The notes under the pieces are model-generated. The model was not told the DNA's origin. It did no database searches and worked only from the letters and a program-made list of their open reading frames with translations. Shown here one piece after another: positions 19,967 through 30,800 of a DNA stretch of 64,000 nucleotides (position 1 is its first letter; the number at the start of each line of letters is the position of its first letter). Origin of the DNA: Candidatus Fervidifonticultor secundus (GTDB lineage: Bacteria; Sysuimicrobiota; Sysuimicrobiia; Sysuimicrobiales; Humicultoraceae); the NCBI GenBank assembly GCA_031459385.1, contig JAVKIP010000007.1:32001-96000 (forward strand). Reading direction: 5' to 3'. A program made the translations under genes and the position numbers.

Positions 19967-21049
19967 ATGCCGACCGGTCCGACCGAACCCACCGATCTGC
20001 CGGGCCTGACGCTCGACGAGCTCGAGGCGTTCGCGCGGGCGCTCGGCGAGCCGGCGTACCGCGGCCGCCAGCTGGCCCGGTGGATCTACCAGCGCCGGGC
20101 GGCTAGCTTCGAGGGCGCAACCGACCTGCCGGCGTCGTTGCGGGCACGCCTGGCCGCCGTCGCGCGCCTCCCGCGCCTAGCGGTCCTGGAACGGCGGGAC
20201 GCGGCCAGCGGCTCGACCACGAAGTTCCTGTGCGGGCTGCCTGACGGGCAGGCGGTCGAGACCGTGTTGATGCGCTACGACGACGGACGCCGCACGGCGT
20301 GCGTCTCCACGCAGGTGGGCTGCGGCATGGGGTGCGCCTTCTGCGCCACCGGCCTGGCCGGCCTGCAGCGCAACCTGACCGCCGGGGAGATCGTGGATCA
20401 GGTGCAGCTCATCGCGCAGGAGACCGCCGAGCGGCCTACCCACGTGGTCTTCATGGGCATGGGCGAGCCCCTGGCCAACTACGAGGCGACGGTGCGCGCA
20501 GTGCGGCTCCTGAACGCGCCGTGGGGGCTCGGGATCGGCATGCGCCACCTGACGATTTCGACCGTGGGGCTGGTCCCGCAGATTCGCCGGCTGGCCGCCG
20601 AGCGCTTCCAGCTCACCCTGGCGATCTCGCTGCACGCGCCCGACGACGCCCTGCGGGACCGGCTGGTTCCGGTCAACCGACGGTGGCCCATCGCCGACCT
20701 GCTGGCCGCGGCGCGCGAGTACGCAGCCGCCACCGGGCGCCGCGTGACGTTCGAGTACGTGCTGATGGCAGGCACCAACGACACCGACGCGCACGCCCGC
20801 GCCCTGGGCCGCCTGCTGGCCGGAGAGCGGGCCCACCTCAACGTGATCCCGTGGAACCCGGTCTACGGGCTGCAGTACCGGCGGCCGCCGGAGGAGGCGG
20901 TACGGCGCTTCGCGCGGATCGTGCGGGCCGCCGGCGTGCCGGTCACGGTGCGCATCGAGCGCGGGGTGGAGATCGATGCCGCCTGCGGGCAGCTGCGTCG
21001 TACGCAGCCGGTCCCGACCCCGGTGGCCCATGCAGGGAGCCCTGGATGA
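19967..21049 (+). CDS. rlmN: 23S rRNA/tRNA m2A radical-SAM methyltransferase
   Basis: CVSTQVGCGMGCAFC, FMGMGEP, ISTVG, SLHAP, AACGQL; TATAAT at 19918 upstream. Confidence 0.96.
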   Translation: MPTGPTEPTDLPGLTLDELEAFARALGEPAYRGRQLARWIYQRRAASFEGATDLPASLRARLAAVARLPRLAVLERRDAASGSTTKFLCGLPDGQAVETVLMRYDDGRRTACVSTQVGCGMGCAFCATGLAGLQRNLTAGEIVDQVQLIAQETAERPTHVVFMGMGEPLANYEATVRAVRLLNAPWGLGIGMRHLTISTVGLVPQIRRLAAERFQLTLAISLHAPDDALRDRLVPVNRRWPIADLLAAAREYAAATGRRVTFEYVLMAGTNDTDAHARALGRLLAGERAHLNVIPWNPVYGLQYRRPPEEAVRRFARIVRAAGVPVTVRIERGVEIDAACGQLRRTQPVPTPVAHAGSPG

Positions 21050-23028
21050 GCGTCGAGGTTGGCACGCGCATCGCCGGCCGGTACGAAGTCACCGCCCGCA
21101 TCGCCGAGGGCGGGTGGTCCAGTGTCTACCGTGCCCGCACCCCCGAGGGCGAGACGATCGCCGTGAAGATCCTCCGCCAGGAGTACGCGGCGGATCGGGA
21201 GTTCGTCGAGCGCTTCGTCCGCGAGGCGCGCGCCGCCGAGACGCTGGAGCACCCCCACGTGGTGCGCGTGCTCGAGAGCGGCCGCGACGGCGAGATCTAC
21301 TTCATCGCCATGGAGTTCGTGGACGGTGAGGACCTGAAGCGGTACCTGCGGCGCACAGGTCCGCTGGACCCGGTCGATGCCGAGCGCATCGCGCTGGCGG
21401 TCTGCGAGGCCCTGGACTACGCGCACGGCCTGGGCATCGTCCACCGGGACGTCAAACCGCAGAACATCCTCCTGGCGCGCGACGGCACCGTGAAGGTGGC
21501 GGACTTCGGGATCGCACGGGCGCAGGCCGCGGTCACCATCACCCACACGGGGACGGTGCTCGGTACCGTCCACTACCTGTCCCCCGAGCAGGCGCGGGGC
21601 GCGCCCGTGGACCGGGCCTCCGATCTCTACGCGCTGGGCGTCGTGCTCTTCGAGATGCTGACCGGCCGGCTACCCTTCGAAGGCGACAGCCCCATCGCCA
21701 TCGCGCTCAAGCACCTGCACGAGCCGCCGCCCTCGGCGCGCGCGGTCAACCCCAGGGTCCCGCGTCGCCTGGAGGGCATCATCCTCAAGGCCATGGCCAA
21801 GCGCCCCGAAGATCGCTATCAGACCGCCCGCGAGATGGCCGCAGACCTCCGCGGCGAGACTGCCCGGTGGGAGGAGGTGCTCGCCGACGACGAGGGGATC
21901 ACGCGGATGTTCGCGCCGCAGGGCGCGCGCCCGCGCCGCGGGCTCGCGCGGGCGGCGCCGCTGGCGGCGGCGCTGTTGGTGGCCGCGATCGGCGGGTTGT
22001 GGGCTGGCTGGCAGGCCGTGAACGCGTACTTGAACGTGCCCGAGGTCGAGGTCCCCGACGTGGTGGGCCGGTCGCTGCTGCAGGCCGAGCAGATCGCGCG
22101 GCAGCGCGGTGTGACCCTGGAGGTGGCAGAGCGTGCCTACAGCGCCACCGCGCCACAAGACGTCGTCCTGGCTCAGGACGAGCCGCCGGGCAAGCGGGTC
22201 AAGCAGGGACGCCGGATCGGCGTGGTGGTGAGCCTCGGGCCGCAGCTGGTAACCGTCCCCGATGTCGTCCGGCAGCCGGTCGGGGCCGCGCAGCTGGCGC
22301 TGGAGACGGCCCGTCTGCGGCTCGGAGCGCTGCAGGAGGGCTACGATGACGTCGTCAAGGCGGGGTTCGTGATCCGGCAGGATCCCCCGGCGGGGTCGCG
22401 GGTGCAGGTCGACTCGCCCGTGACGCTGGTGATCAGCCGCGGTCCGGCGCAGGTGGAGGTGCCCGGGCTCCTCGGCCGCACGCTGTCCGAGGCTCGCCGG
22501 CTGCTGGAGGACCGCGGCCTGGTCATCGCGCACGTGCGCACGGTGCCGGTGGCCGATGCTGCGCCGGGCCTGATCGTGGAGCAGTCGCCGGCCGCGGGCG
22601 CGCTGGTGCGTCCGGGCCAGACCGCGATCACCGTCGCGGTGAGCGCGCGCCCAGGCGAGGAGAGCGCGCCGCCGCAGGCCCCGGTGGTGACGGCCGAGCC
22701 CCAGCCCGTACCATCGCCCAGCCCGCCGCCGGTCCGACTCACGCCGGCGGTCCGCCCCTCCCCGGCCGGGACGCCCGCGGCGCCTGCCACGCCCGCGGCC
22801 GTGCCGTCGCCGGGCCTGGCGCGCCGCACGCGCGTGCAGGTGGTGGTGCCGGAGGGGCCCGCCGTGCAGGAGGTGAAGATCGTCGTGATCGACGAGAAGG
22901 GTGTGCGCACGGTCTACCAGGCGCCGCATGGTCCCGGCGATCGCGTCGAGCAGTTCGTCAGCACGCAGGGCTACACGATCATCCAGGTCTACATCGACAA
23001 CCGCCTCGTGCAGGAAGTCCGGCCGTGA
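21046..23028 (+). CDS. pknB: PASTA-domain Ser/Thr protein kinase (PrkC/PknB/Stk1)
   Basis: AVK, HRDVKPQN, DFG, YLSPEQ, a TM helix, three PASTA repeats, Pro-rich linker and C-terminal beta domain. Confidence 0.94.
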   Translation: MSVEVGTRIAGRYEVTARIAEGGWSSVYRARTPEGETIAVKILRQEYAADREFVERFVREARAAETLEHPHVVRVLESGRDGEIYFIAMEFVDGEDLKRYLRRTGPLDPVDAERIALAVCEALDYAHGLGIVHRDVKPQNILLARDGTVKVADFGIARAQAAVTITHTGTVLGTVHYLSPEQARGAPVDRASDLYALGVVLFEMLTGRLPFEGDSPIAIALKHLHEPPPSARAVNPRVPRRLEGIILKAMAKRPEDRYQTAREMAADLRGETARWEEVLADDEGITRMFAPQGARPRRGLARAAPLAAALLVAAIGGLWAGWQAVNAYLNVPEVEVPDVVGRSLLQAEQIARQRGVTLEVAERAYSATAPQDVVLAQDEPPGKRVKQGRRIGVVVSLGPQLVTVPDVVRQPVGAAQLALETARLRLGALQEGYDDVVKAGFVIRQDPPAGSRVQVDSPVTLVISRGPAQVEVPGLLGRTLSEARRLLEDRGLVIAHVRTVPVADAAPGLIVEQSPAAGALVRPGQTAITVAVSARPGEESAPPQAPVVTAEPQPVPSPSPPPVRLTPAVRPSPAGTPAAPATPAAVPSPGLARRTRVQVVVPEGPAVQEVKIVVIDEKGVRTVYQAPHGPGDRVEQFVSTQGYTIIQVYIDNRLVQEVRP

Positions 23029-23690
23029 CGCGCGGCCGCGTGCGTCTCGCCGCCAGCATCCTGGCCGCCGACTTCGCACACCTGGGCGCCGCCGTACAGG
23101 CGGCGGAGCGCGGCGGCGTCGACCTGCTGCACATCGACGTCATGGACGGCCAGTTCGTCCCGCCGATCACCGTGGGCACGGTGGTGGTGGAGGCGGTACG
23201 CCGCGCCTCGCGCCTCCCGCTGGACGTACACTTGATGGTCCGGGAGCCCGAGCGGCAGGTCGAGGCGTTCGCCCGCGCCGGCGCCGCCAGCATCGCGGTG
23301 CACCTGGAAGCCGCGGCGCATCCCCATCGGCTCCTCGGTCTGATCCGGAGCCTGGGCGCGCAGGCCGGGATCGCGCTCAACCCCGGCACCCCACCCGATG
23401 CGTGCGCCTGGCTGGCGGACGTGCTCGACTTCGTGCTGGTCATGACCGTGAATCCCGGCTACGCCGGCCAAGTGTTCCTGCCGGAGGTGCTGCCGAAGGT
23501 CGGGCGCGTCAGGCAACTCGTCGGCGATCGATGCTGGATCGCGGTCGACGGCGGGGTGTCCCCGCAGACCGCGCCGCAGGCGGTGGCGGCGGGCGCCGAT
23601 GTCCTGGTGGCGGCGTCAGCGATCTTCGGCGCGCCCGACGGGGTGGAGGCAGCCGCAGCCCGGCTGCGGGCGGCGGCCGTGGGCGGGTGA
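23025..23690 (+). CDS. rpe: Ribulose-phosphate 3-epimerase
   Basis: ASILAADF, HIDVMDG, DVHLM, MTVNPG, VDGG. Confidence 0.96.
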   Translation: MTRGRVRLAASILAADFAHLGAAVQAAERGGVDLLHIDVMDGQFVPPITVGTVVVEAVRRASRLPLDVHLMVREPERQVEAFARAGAASIAVHLEAAAHPHRLLGLIRSLGAQAGIALNPGTPPDACAWLADVLDFVLVMTVNPGYAGQVFLPEVLPKVGRVRQLVGDRCWIAVDGGVSPQTAPQAVAAGADVLVAASAIFGAPDGVEAAAARLRAAAVGG

Positions 23691-24760
23691 GCACGCTCTT
23701 CGTCACCCATCCGGCCTGCGAGCACCACACGACCGGTGCGGGCCACCCCGAGCGGCCCCAGCGCCTCCAGGCGGTGCGCCGGGCCGTGGAGTCCTGCGGT
23801 CTGGAAGGCGCGCTGCAGTGGGATGAGCAGCCCCCGGAGGTCGACGCCGAGCTCCTCGAGCGCGTCCACCGTCGTGCCTACGTCGACGTCGTGGAGGGGC
23901 TGGCGCGCGCCGGCGGGGGCTGGCTCGACGCCGATACACCGGTGGGGCCCCAGTCAGCCCGCGCCGCCCGTCTCGCGGCGGGTGCGGCCCAGCGCGCCGT
24001 GGAGGTCCTGCTGGCCGGGCTCGCGCGGCGCGCCTTCGTGGCGGTACGGCCGCCGGGCCACCACGCCGGGCCCGACCGCGGCATGGGCTTCTGCCTGTTC
24101 AACAACGCGGCCGTGGCCGCTGCCGCGGCACGGCGCGCGGGCCGCGAACGCGTGCTGGTCGTGGACTGGGACGTGCACCACGGCAACGGCACGCAGGCGG
24201 TGTTCTGGCGGGATCCGTCGGTGCTGGTCGTCTCGCTGCACCAGGAGTACTGGTACCCCGGTACGGGGGCCATGGAGGAGCTGGGGGAGGGACCAGGGGA
24301 AGGCGCCACCGTCAACCTGCCCCTGCCTGCACAGACTGGCGACGGCGGCTACACCGACGCGATGACCGAGCTGGTCCTCCCGCTGGCTGCAGCCTTCCGG
24401 CCGGAGTTTGTGATCGTCTCGGCAGGCTACGACGCCCACTTCGCCGACCCGCTGGGCGGCATGGTCGTCACCACAGCCGGGTTCGGGCGGCTGGCACGCC
24501 TCGCGGACGAGGCGGCGCGGGCGGCCGACGCGCCGCTGCTCGCGATCCTCGAGGGCGGCTACCATCTGGATGCGCTGGCGGCGTCCGTGGTCGCGACCCT
24601 CGAAGCCCTGACCGGCCGGCCGGCGGATCCGGCGGCATGGCGCGAGCCGGCGCCCGCGGACCTGGGAGCCAGACGTCCCGGGCGCGAGGTGCCGGCGTCC
24701 GCGATCGGCGCGCGCCTGCGGGCCATACGGCGACTGTTGCTCAACTACTGGCGGCTCTAG
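23687..24760 (+). CDS. Histone deacetylase family (Zn-dependent) protein
   Basis: HPERP, RPPGHHA, GFCLFNN, DWDVHHGNGT, SAGYDAH..DPL, LEGGY. Confidence 0.94.
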   Translation: MSTLFVTHPACEHHTTGAGHPERPQRLQAVRRAVESCGLEGALQWDEQPPEVDAELLERVHRRAYVDVVEGLARAGGGWLDADTPVGPQSARAARLAAGAAQRAVEVLLAGLARRAFVAVRPPGHHAGPDRGMGFCLFNNAAVAAAAARRAGRERVLVVDWDVHHGNGTQAVFWRDPSVLVVSLHQEYWYPGTGAMEELGEGPGEGATVNLPLPAQTGDGGYTDAMTELVLPLAAAFRPEFVIVSAGYDAHFADPLGGMVVTTAGFGRLARLADEAARAADAPLLAILEGGYHLDALAASVVATLEALTGRPADPAAWREPAPADLGARRPGREVPASAIGARLRAIRRLLLNYWRL

Positions 24761-24807
24761 GCCCAGCCGGAGCCCAAGCGGCGCGCCGCCGCCGCCGGGG
24801 GCAAGGG

Positions 24808-24836
24808 GGAGGAAACCCCAGGCGGGCGGCGAAGTG
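24808..24836 (+). promoter_or_regulatory. Sigma-H-like promoter upstream of rpsA
   Basis: GGAGGA-N17-GAAG with GGCGAA core. Confidence 0.4.
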
Positions 24837-24955
24837 CGCACCGCTGGCCGGAGCAGCATCCAGGATCACCGACCACACGGTGAGGAGCGCGTGCGCAGGG
24901 ACCGAGACAGCGCGCCGGCGGCGTCTCGGGGTACGGCAAGGGGGCGACGGGCCAC

Positions 24956-26212
24956 ATGTCGGCAGGGCAGGCAGAGGCGGACGACCAGGCGCCAAAGACC
25001 GAAGCGGTGGACCTCTCGGAGTCGGTGCCCCGGCTCCAGGAGCGACAGATCGTGCGGGGCACCGTGGTACGGGTGGACACCGAGGGGATCCTGGTCGACG
25101 TCGGGGCCAAGTCCGAGGGGATCATTCCTCCCAAGGAACTGTCGCGGCGGGGCGATCAGCCTGAGGCGGTGCAGGTCGGGGACCGCATCGATGTGATGGT
25201 GATGCGCGTGGACGGCGAGGAGGGGAACATCATCCTCAGCAAGAAGCGCGCGGACTTCGTGCGCGCCTGGGAGCGCGTGATCGAGGCGCACCAGGGGGGT
25301 CGTATTCTCCACGCCATGGTGGTGGACAAGGTCAAAGGCGGCCTGGTGGTGGACCTGGGGCTGCGCGGCTTCGTGCCCGGGTCGCACGTCGACCTGACCC
25401 AGGCCAAGGGGCGGCGGTTCGAGTGGTTCGTCGGCCAGTCCATCCCCCTCAAGGTCATCGAGGTCGACCGGGGCAAGGGACGCGTCATCCTCTCGCACAA
25501 GCTGGCGGTGGAGGAGGAGCGGAAGGGGCGCCGGGCGCAGGTGCTGGCCACGCTGGAGGAGGGCGCCGTCGTCGAAGGGGTCGTCAAACGCATCACCGAC
25601 TTCGGCGCGTTCGTAGACCTGGGCGGCGTCGATGGCCTGCTGCCCATCAGCGAGATGGCCTGGACCTACATCCGACACCCATCGGAAGTCGTGCGACGCA
25701 ACCAGCACCTGCGGTTGCAGGTGCTGAAGGTCGACCGCGAGGCTGGCAAGATCTCGCTGGGCCTGAAGCAGATCCTGGAGGATCCCTGGGCGGCCGTCGG
25801 CGACCGCTACAAGGCAGGCGACGTGATCCGCGGCAAGGTCGTGCGCATCGTGGCCTCGGGAGCGTTTGTGCGGCTGCGGGACCTCGATGCCTTCCTCCCC
25901 ATCAGTGAGCTCGCCGAGAAGCGGGTGGCCAAAGTCGAGGATGTCGTGCAGGTCGGGCAGACCATCGAAGCAATGGTCGTGGAGGTCCGGCCGGACGAGC
26001 GCCGCATGATCGTCAGCCTCCGCCGGCTGGCCCGCGAGGCGGAGCGCAAGCGAGTGAAGGAGTACCTGCGGGAGCAGCAGGACGAAGGGCGAGTCACGAT
26101 CGGCGACGCGGTGGGCGAACTGCTGCGGCAGGTCGTCGAGGTACGCCCCGAGGTGCCGGAGCCGGCGGCTGCGACGCCCCACGAACCAGAGAGCGAGCCC
26201 AGGACGCCCTGA
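24956..26212 (+). CDS. rpsA: 30S ribosomal protein S1 (four S1 domains)
   Basis: DVGAKSEG, VKGGLVVD..GFVPGS, ITDFGAFVDLGGVDGL, SGAFV repeats. Confidence 0.92.
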   Translation: MSAGQAEADDQAPKTEAVDLSESVPRLQERQIVRGTVVRVDTEGILVDVGAKSEGIIPPKELSRRGDQPEAVQVGDRIDVMVMRVDGEEGNIILSKKRADFVRAWERVIEAHQGGRILHAMVVDKVKGGLVVDLGLRGFVPGSHVDLTQAKGRRFEWFVGQSIPLKVIEVDRGKGRVILSHKLAVEEERKGRRAQVLATLEEGAVVEGVVKRITDFGAFVDLGGVDGLLPISEMAWTYIRHPSEVVRRNQHLRLQVLKVDREAGKISLGLKQILEDPWAAVGDRYKAGDVIRGKVVRIVASGAFVRLRDLDAFLPISELAEKRVAKVEDVVQVGQTIEAMVVEVRPDERRMIVSLRRLAREAERKRVKEYLREQQDEGRVTIGDAVGELLRQVVEVRPEVPEPAAATPHEPESEPRTP

Positions 26213-26217
26213 TGCGC

Positions 26218-26246
26218 TTGTCGCTCCCCGTCGGGGCGGCTACAAT
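26218..26246 (+). promoter_or_regulatory. Sigma70 promoter of tRNA-Pro
   Basis: TTGTCG-N17-TACAAT, 11 nt before the tRNA. Confidence 0.6.
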
Positions 26247-26257
26247 GGGTGTGACCT

Positions 26258-26336
26258 CGGGGAGTAGCGCAGCTTGGTGTAGCGCGCAGCGTTCGGGACG
26301 CTGAGGTCGGGGGTTCAAATCCCCCCTCCCCGACCA
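26258..26336 (+). tRNA. tRNA-Pro(CGG)
   Basis: Acceptor stem CGGGGAG/CTCCCCG, D arm GCGC/GCGC, anticodon arm CAGCG-TTCGGGA-CGCTG, GGTTCAAATC T-loop, encoded CCA. Confidence 0.97.
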
Positions 26337-26615
26337 TTCAGGACGGGACGCGGTGGGTCTCGTGGCGCGTCGTGCGACACTGCGGTGGGCACGGTGGCGG
26401 CCGCTTGCCACCCCGCCGCCGGGACGATAGACTAGGCTGGACGCCGGTGCCCGCGAGGCTGCCCGGCGGCTAAAGACGCAGAGAGCAGGAGAACGCGCGG
26501 GGCGGCGCGGCATGCGTCGCTTTTGTTTTTTCAGCCGGAGGAGTTGCCGGTGCTGACACGAACCTCAGGCTACCATGCGGCGCACGCGGCACGAAAGGCG
26601 CGGTTCCTGACGGAC

Positions 26616-27803
26616 GTGGAGGTGGCTGCGGCGCCCGTCCGGGTGGGAGTGTTCACCGACTCCTACCTGCCCCGCATCAGCGGCGTGGTCCGGTCGATCG
26701 AGGCGTTCGTCTCCGAACTGCGACGCCAGGGCCACCACGTCTCGATCTTCGCGCCCGGTTACCGCGGGTTCGTGGACGCCGACCCGGACGTCGTACGCTT
26801 CCCCTCGGTGCGGCCGCCCGGCCATCCTGACTTTCCCCTGGCGATTCCCGTCGACCGTCGGTTCCTGGCCAAGCTGGCGGCGCGGCGCCCGAGCGTGATC
26901 CACACGCACTCGCCGTTCCTGATGGGTGCGGCCGGGCGCTACGCGGCGCGGCGCCTGGGGCTGCCGCTGGTCTTCACCCACCACACGATGTACGCGGAGT
27001 ACGTGCACTACGTGCCGTTGTTCCCGCCGCGGTTGTCGCGCCAGGTGGTGACCCGCTACACCGCGCGCTACTGCAACCGCTGCACCGCGGTGATCGCGCC
27101 CTCCCGGGCCGTCCGGGCGTGGCTGCGGTCCATTGGCGTCGTCACGCCCATCGAGGTCCTGCCCACGGCGGGCTTCGAGCTCGCGCGGTTCGACCGGCTC
27201 GACCCCTCGTGGGTCCGGCCGCGCTATGGGGTGCCGTCCGGGGCGCCGCTCGTGATCACGGTGGGGCGCCTGGCGTCCGAGAAGCGCTTCGACATCCTGC
27301 TGGCGGCGTTTGCCGACGCGGCCCGCGGCGGGCCAGCCCACCTGCTCGTGGTGGGTGGCGGCCCGGAGGCGCCGGTGCTCCGCCACCTGGCCGGCCAGCT
27401 CGGCGTGGGCAGCCAGGTGATCTTCACGGGTCCCCTGGACCACGACCGCGTCCTGGACTGTTACGCCGCCGCCGACGTGTTCGCGTTCGCGTCGCCGACC
27501 GAGACGCAGGGGCTGGTGGTGATCGAGGCCATGGCCGCGGGCTTGCCGGTGGCGGCCGTGCGGGCCGGCGGGGTCGCCGAAGCCGTGGGCGACGGCGAGA
27601 CCGGCCTGCTGGTCGATCCGGATCCCGCGGCGCTGGCCGCCGCGATCCGCCGCCTGCTCCACGACGAGCCCCTGCGGCGCCGCCTCAGCGCCGGGGGCAG
27701 GGAGGTCGCCCGGGCCTATGCCATCGACGTGCTGACGCGCCGGCTGGTCGATCTCTACCGGAACCTGATGACCGATGGACCCCTCGCCGCCACACCCGAC
27801 TAA
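26616..27803 (+). CDS. Glycosyltransferase family 4 (1,2-diacylglycerol 3-alpha-glucosyltransferase-like); start uncertain
   Basis: FTDSYLPRISGV, HTHSPF, HTMYAEYVHY, GRLASEK, SPTETQGLVVIEA. Confidence 0.88.
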   Translation: MEVAAAPVRVGVFTDSYLPRISGVVRSIEAFVSELRRQGHHVSIFAPGYRGFVDADPDVVRFPSVRPPGHPDFPLAIPVDRRFLAKLAARRPSVIHTHSPFLMGAAGRYAARRLGLPLVFTHHTMYAEYVHYVPLFPPRLSRQVVTRYTARYCNRCTAVIAPSRAVRAWLRSIGVVTPIEVLPTAGFELARFDRLDPSWVRPRYGVPSGAPLVITVGRLASEKRFDILLAAFADAARGGPAHLLVVGGGPEAPVLRHLAGQLGVGSQVIFTGPLDHDRVLDCYAAADVFAFASPTETQGLVVIEAMAAGLPVAAVRAGGVAEAVGDGETGLLVDPDPAALAAAIRRLLHDEPLRRRLSAGGREVARAYAIDVLTRRLVDLYRNLMTDGPLAATPD

Positions 27804-27878
27804 CCCCAGGCCGCTTCGCGCGGCGATCACGCCACGGGCGGGCCGCCCCCGCGGTCCGAAACGAGGAGGAGACCCAGC

Positions 27879-30800
27879 GTGCAACTCCGGCGCCTCGAGC
27901 TGATAGGGTTCAAGACGTTCGTCACCCGCACGGAGCTCGAGTTCCATCCGGGTGTCACGGCCATCGTCGGCCCCAACGGCAGCGGGAAGAGCAACATCTT
28001 CGATGCGATCCGCTGGGCGCTGGGCGAGACCAACGCGCGGCTGCTGCGCGGCGGCCGTATGGACGACCTGATCTTCTCCGGGAGCGCCGGCCGCAAGCCG
28101 CACGGGATCGCCCAGGTGTCGCTGACACTGGACAACGGTGCCGGCTTGTTGCCGCTGGAGTTCAGCGAGATCACCGTGACCCGCGCGGTCACCCGCGGCG
28201 GGGAGGGACGCTGCGCCATCAACGGCGTCGACTGTCGGCTGCGGGACGTGCAGATGCTCTTCCTCGGGACGGGCCTGGGCGGCCGGTCGTACGCGCTGAT
28301 CGGGCAGGGCGAGGTCGACGCCGTGCTGCGCGCCACGCCGGTGGAGCGCCGGCAGTGGCTCGAGGAGGCGGCCGGGCTCGCCCGGCACAAGCGCCAGCGC
28401 GTGGAAGCCGAGCGGCGCCTGGCCCATGCCCAGGCGCACCTGGAGCGGCTCACGGACGTCGCCGCAGAGCTGGATGCGCAGCAGCAGGCGCTGGCGGCGC
28501 AGGCCGCGGCCGCCGCGCGCCACGCGAGCCTCACGGAGGAGGTACGGGACCTCGAGCTGGCGCTGTTCGCCGACGAGGCCCGGCGGCTGCTGGCCGCGGT
28601 CCGCCGGCTCGGCGCCCAGGTCGCTGCCGAACGCGACGCGCAGGCGGCCGCCGCTCGGCGGCAGGCCGCCGCGGCCGCCGCAGTCGCCCAGGCTGAGACC
28701 GCCCTGGCAGAGGCGACGGCGGCGTTCGAGCGCGGGCAGGCGACGCTGCTGGAGGGCGCCGAGCAGGTGACCCGACTGGCCATGGACGCGCAGGCCCTGG
28801 CCGCGCGGGCCGACGCGCTGCGCGCCGGGCACGACCACCTGGCCGACGAGGGGGCGCGGCTTGGGGCGGCGCTGGAACGCCTGCACGCAGAGACCGCGGC
28901 CCTCGAGCAGGAGGCCGCGGCCGGTCAGGACGAGCGCCAGCAGCTGACGGCGGTGGTGGCGGCGGCCGAGGCCGCCCTGGCCGCCGCGCACGATGCCGTA
29001 GCGCAGAGCCAGACGAGGCTCGGTGCCGTCCGCGACGAGGTCGCAGAGGTGGTGCGCTCGCTGGCACAGGCCCGGCGCGACCTGGCCGCGGCGAAGGCGC
29101 GGGCGGCCGTGCTGGACCAGTCGGCGGAGGCTGCGGCCGAGAAGGCGCGCGCCGTGCGGGAGGCGGCCCGGCGCGCAGAGGAGGACCGCGACGCGGCGCA
29201 GGACGCCGTGGTCCGGGCCCGGGCGGCGGCCGCGGCGGCCGCCGACCAGGTGACGGCCGCGGCAGCGGTCCTGGAGGCCCGGCGCGCGGAGTGGGCGGCG
29301 CTCATCGAGCAGGTGCACGAGGTCGAGCTGGAGGAGCACCGGCTGCGGGCACGCCTCGCATCCATCGAGGAGGCACACCGGGAGCTCGTCGGGCTCGACG
29401 AGGGCGCGCGTGCGATCCTGCTCGCGGCTCGCGACCACCCCGGCCGGTTTCCCGGCCTGCGTGGCGCGGTGGCCGAACTGGTGGACGCGCCCGAGGACCT
29501 GCGGCCGGCGATCACCGCAGCGTTGGGCCGCCGTCTGCACTGTCTGGTCGTTGAGCGCCGCGACCAGATCCAGGCCGTGCTCGACTTCCTGTCCGCCGAC
29601 GGCCCGCGCGCCGCGACGATCGTGGCCCTCGAGGATCTGCGGCCCGTGCCGGGCCGGGCCCGGGGCACGAACGGACCGTACGAGGGCCTGCACGCAGCCG
29701 CCGCCGTCCGGCCCGCAGACGGCCACGAGGAGCTGGCCCGGCGGCTGGCAGAGGCGCTGCTGGGCGACGTGGTCGTCGTGGACGACCTGGAAGCCGCGTG
29801 GCGGCTCGTCGCCGGGGGCTTCGAGGGCCGTGCGGCGACTCGAGACGGCCTGCTGGTGGAGCCCGACGGCGTCCTCTCCCTGGGCGGCTGGCCCGCGGGC
29901 GAGCTGGCCCCGCTCGGCCGCGGCCAGGCCATTGCGATGCTGCGGCAGACGCTGGCGGAGATCGAGCGCACGCGGCTCGAGCTCGTCGTACGCCGGGCGG
30001 CGGCAGCCGAGCGCGTCCGCGAGGCCGATGAGGGGCTGGAGCGGGCGCGCGCCGCGGTCGAGCGCGCCCAGGCGGCAGCCTTCGAGCGCACGCAGCAGCT
30101 CGAGCGTCTCGCGACAGCGGCGAGCCGCTTGCAGGCCGAGGCGCAGGTCCTCGAGGACGAGCGCGGTTCGCGCGACGACGAACGCAGGCGCCTGGCGGCC
30201 CAGGTGCAGGGGCTGGAAGCAGACGCCACGCGGCTCGAGGACGAAGCGCGCCGGCTGGAGGCGCTGCAGGCCGCCCTGGAGGCGGACGGCGCGCGGGCGG
30301 CTGCCGCGTACGAGATGGCGGCGGCAGACCTCCAGGCCGCGCGCTTGCGGATGGCCGAGGCCGAGGGACGCGTGCAGGCGCTGCGCGCGCGCGTGGCCGA
30401 CCGGCGGGCGAGCGCCGTAGAGATCGAGCGCCGCCTCCAGGAGATCGAGACGGCGCAGCAGGAAGCCGCGCAGGCCGTGGCCGAGGTCGAGCAGCGCCGG
30501 CGGGCGGCCGCAGCCGCGCACGACGCGCTGCTGGCGAGCCAGGCTGCCGCCAAGGCCGACCTCGAGCGCCTCCAGGCCGAGCGTGGCGCGCTGCGCGAGG
30601 CGTTGCGCGAGCTCGGGCCGGTGAACCTGCGCGCGGCCGACGAACACGCCGCGGTGACCGCGCGCCTGGACGCTCTGCGGGCCCAGATCGACGACCTGCG
30701 CGAGGCGTCGGCGCTGCTGCGGGACGTCATCGGCCAGATCAACGCCGCACTGCGCGTGCGCTTCCGCCAGACCTTCGAGGACGTGAACGCCGAGTTCGGC

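Noticed and set aside
22660..22815. Low-complexity CCG/GCC repeats
   Set aside because: Pro/Ala linker of the PASTA kinase.
26258..26530. tRNA-Pro as a possible integration site
   Set aside because: No duplicated tRNA 3' end or integrase seen, and the downstream genes look native.
28400..30620. GCGGCC/GAGGCG-rich quasi-repeats
   Set aside because: They encode the Ala/Glu/Arg coiled coil of SMC; not a DNA repeat array or CRISPR.
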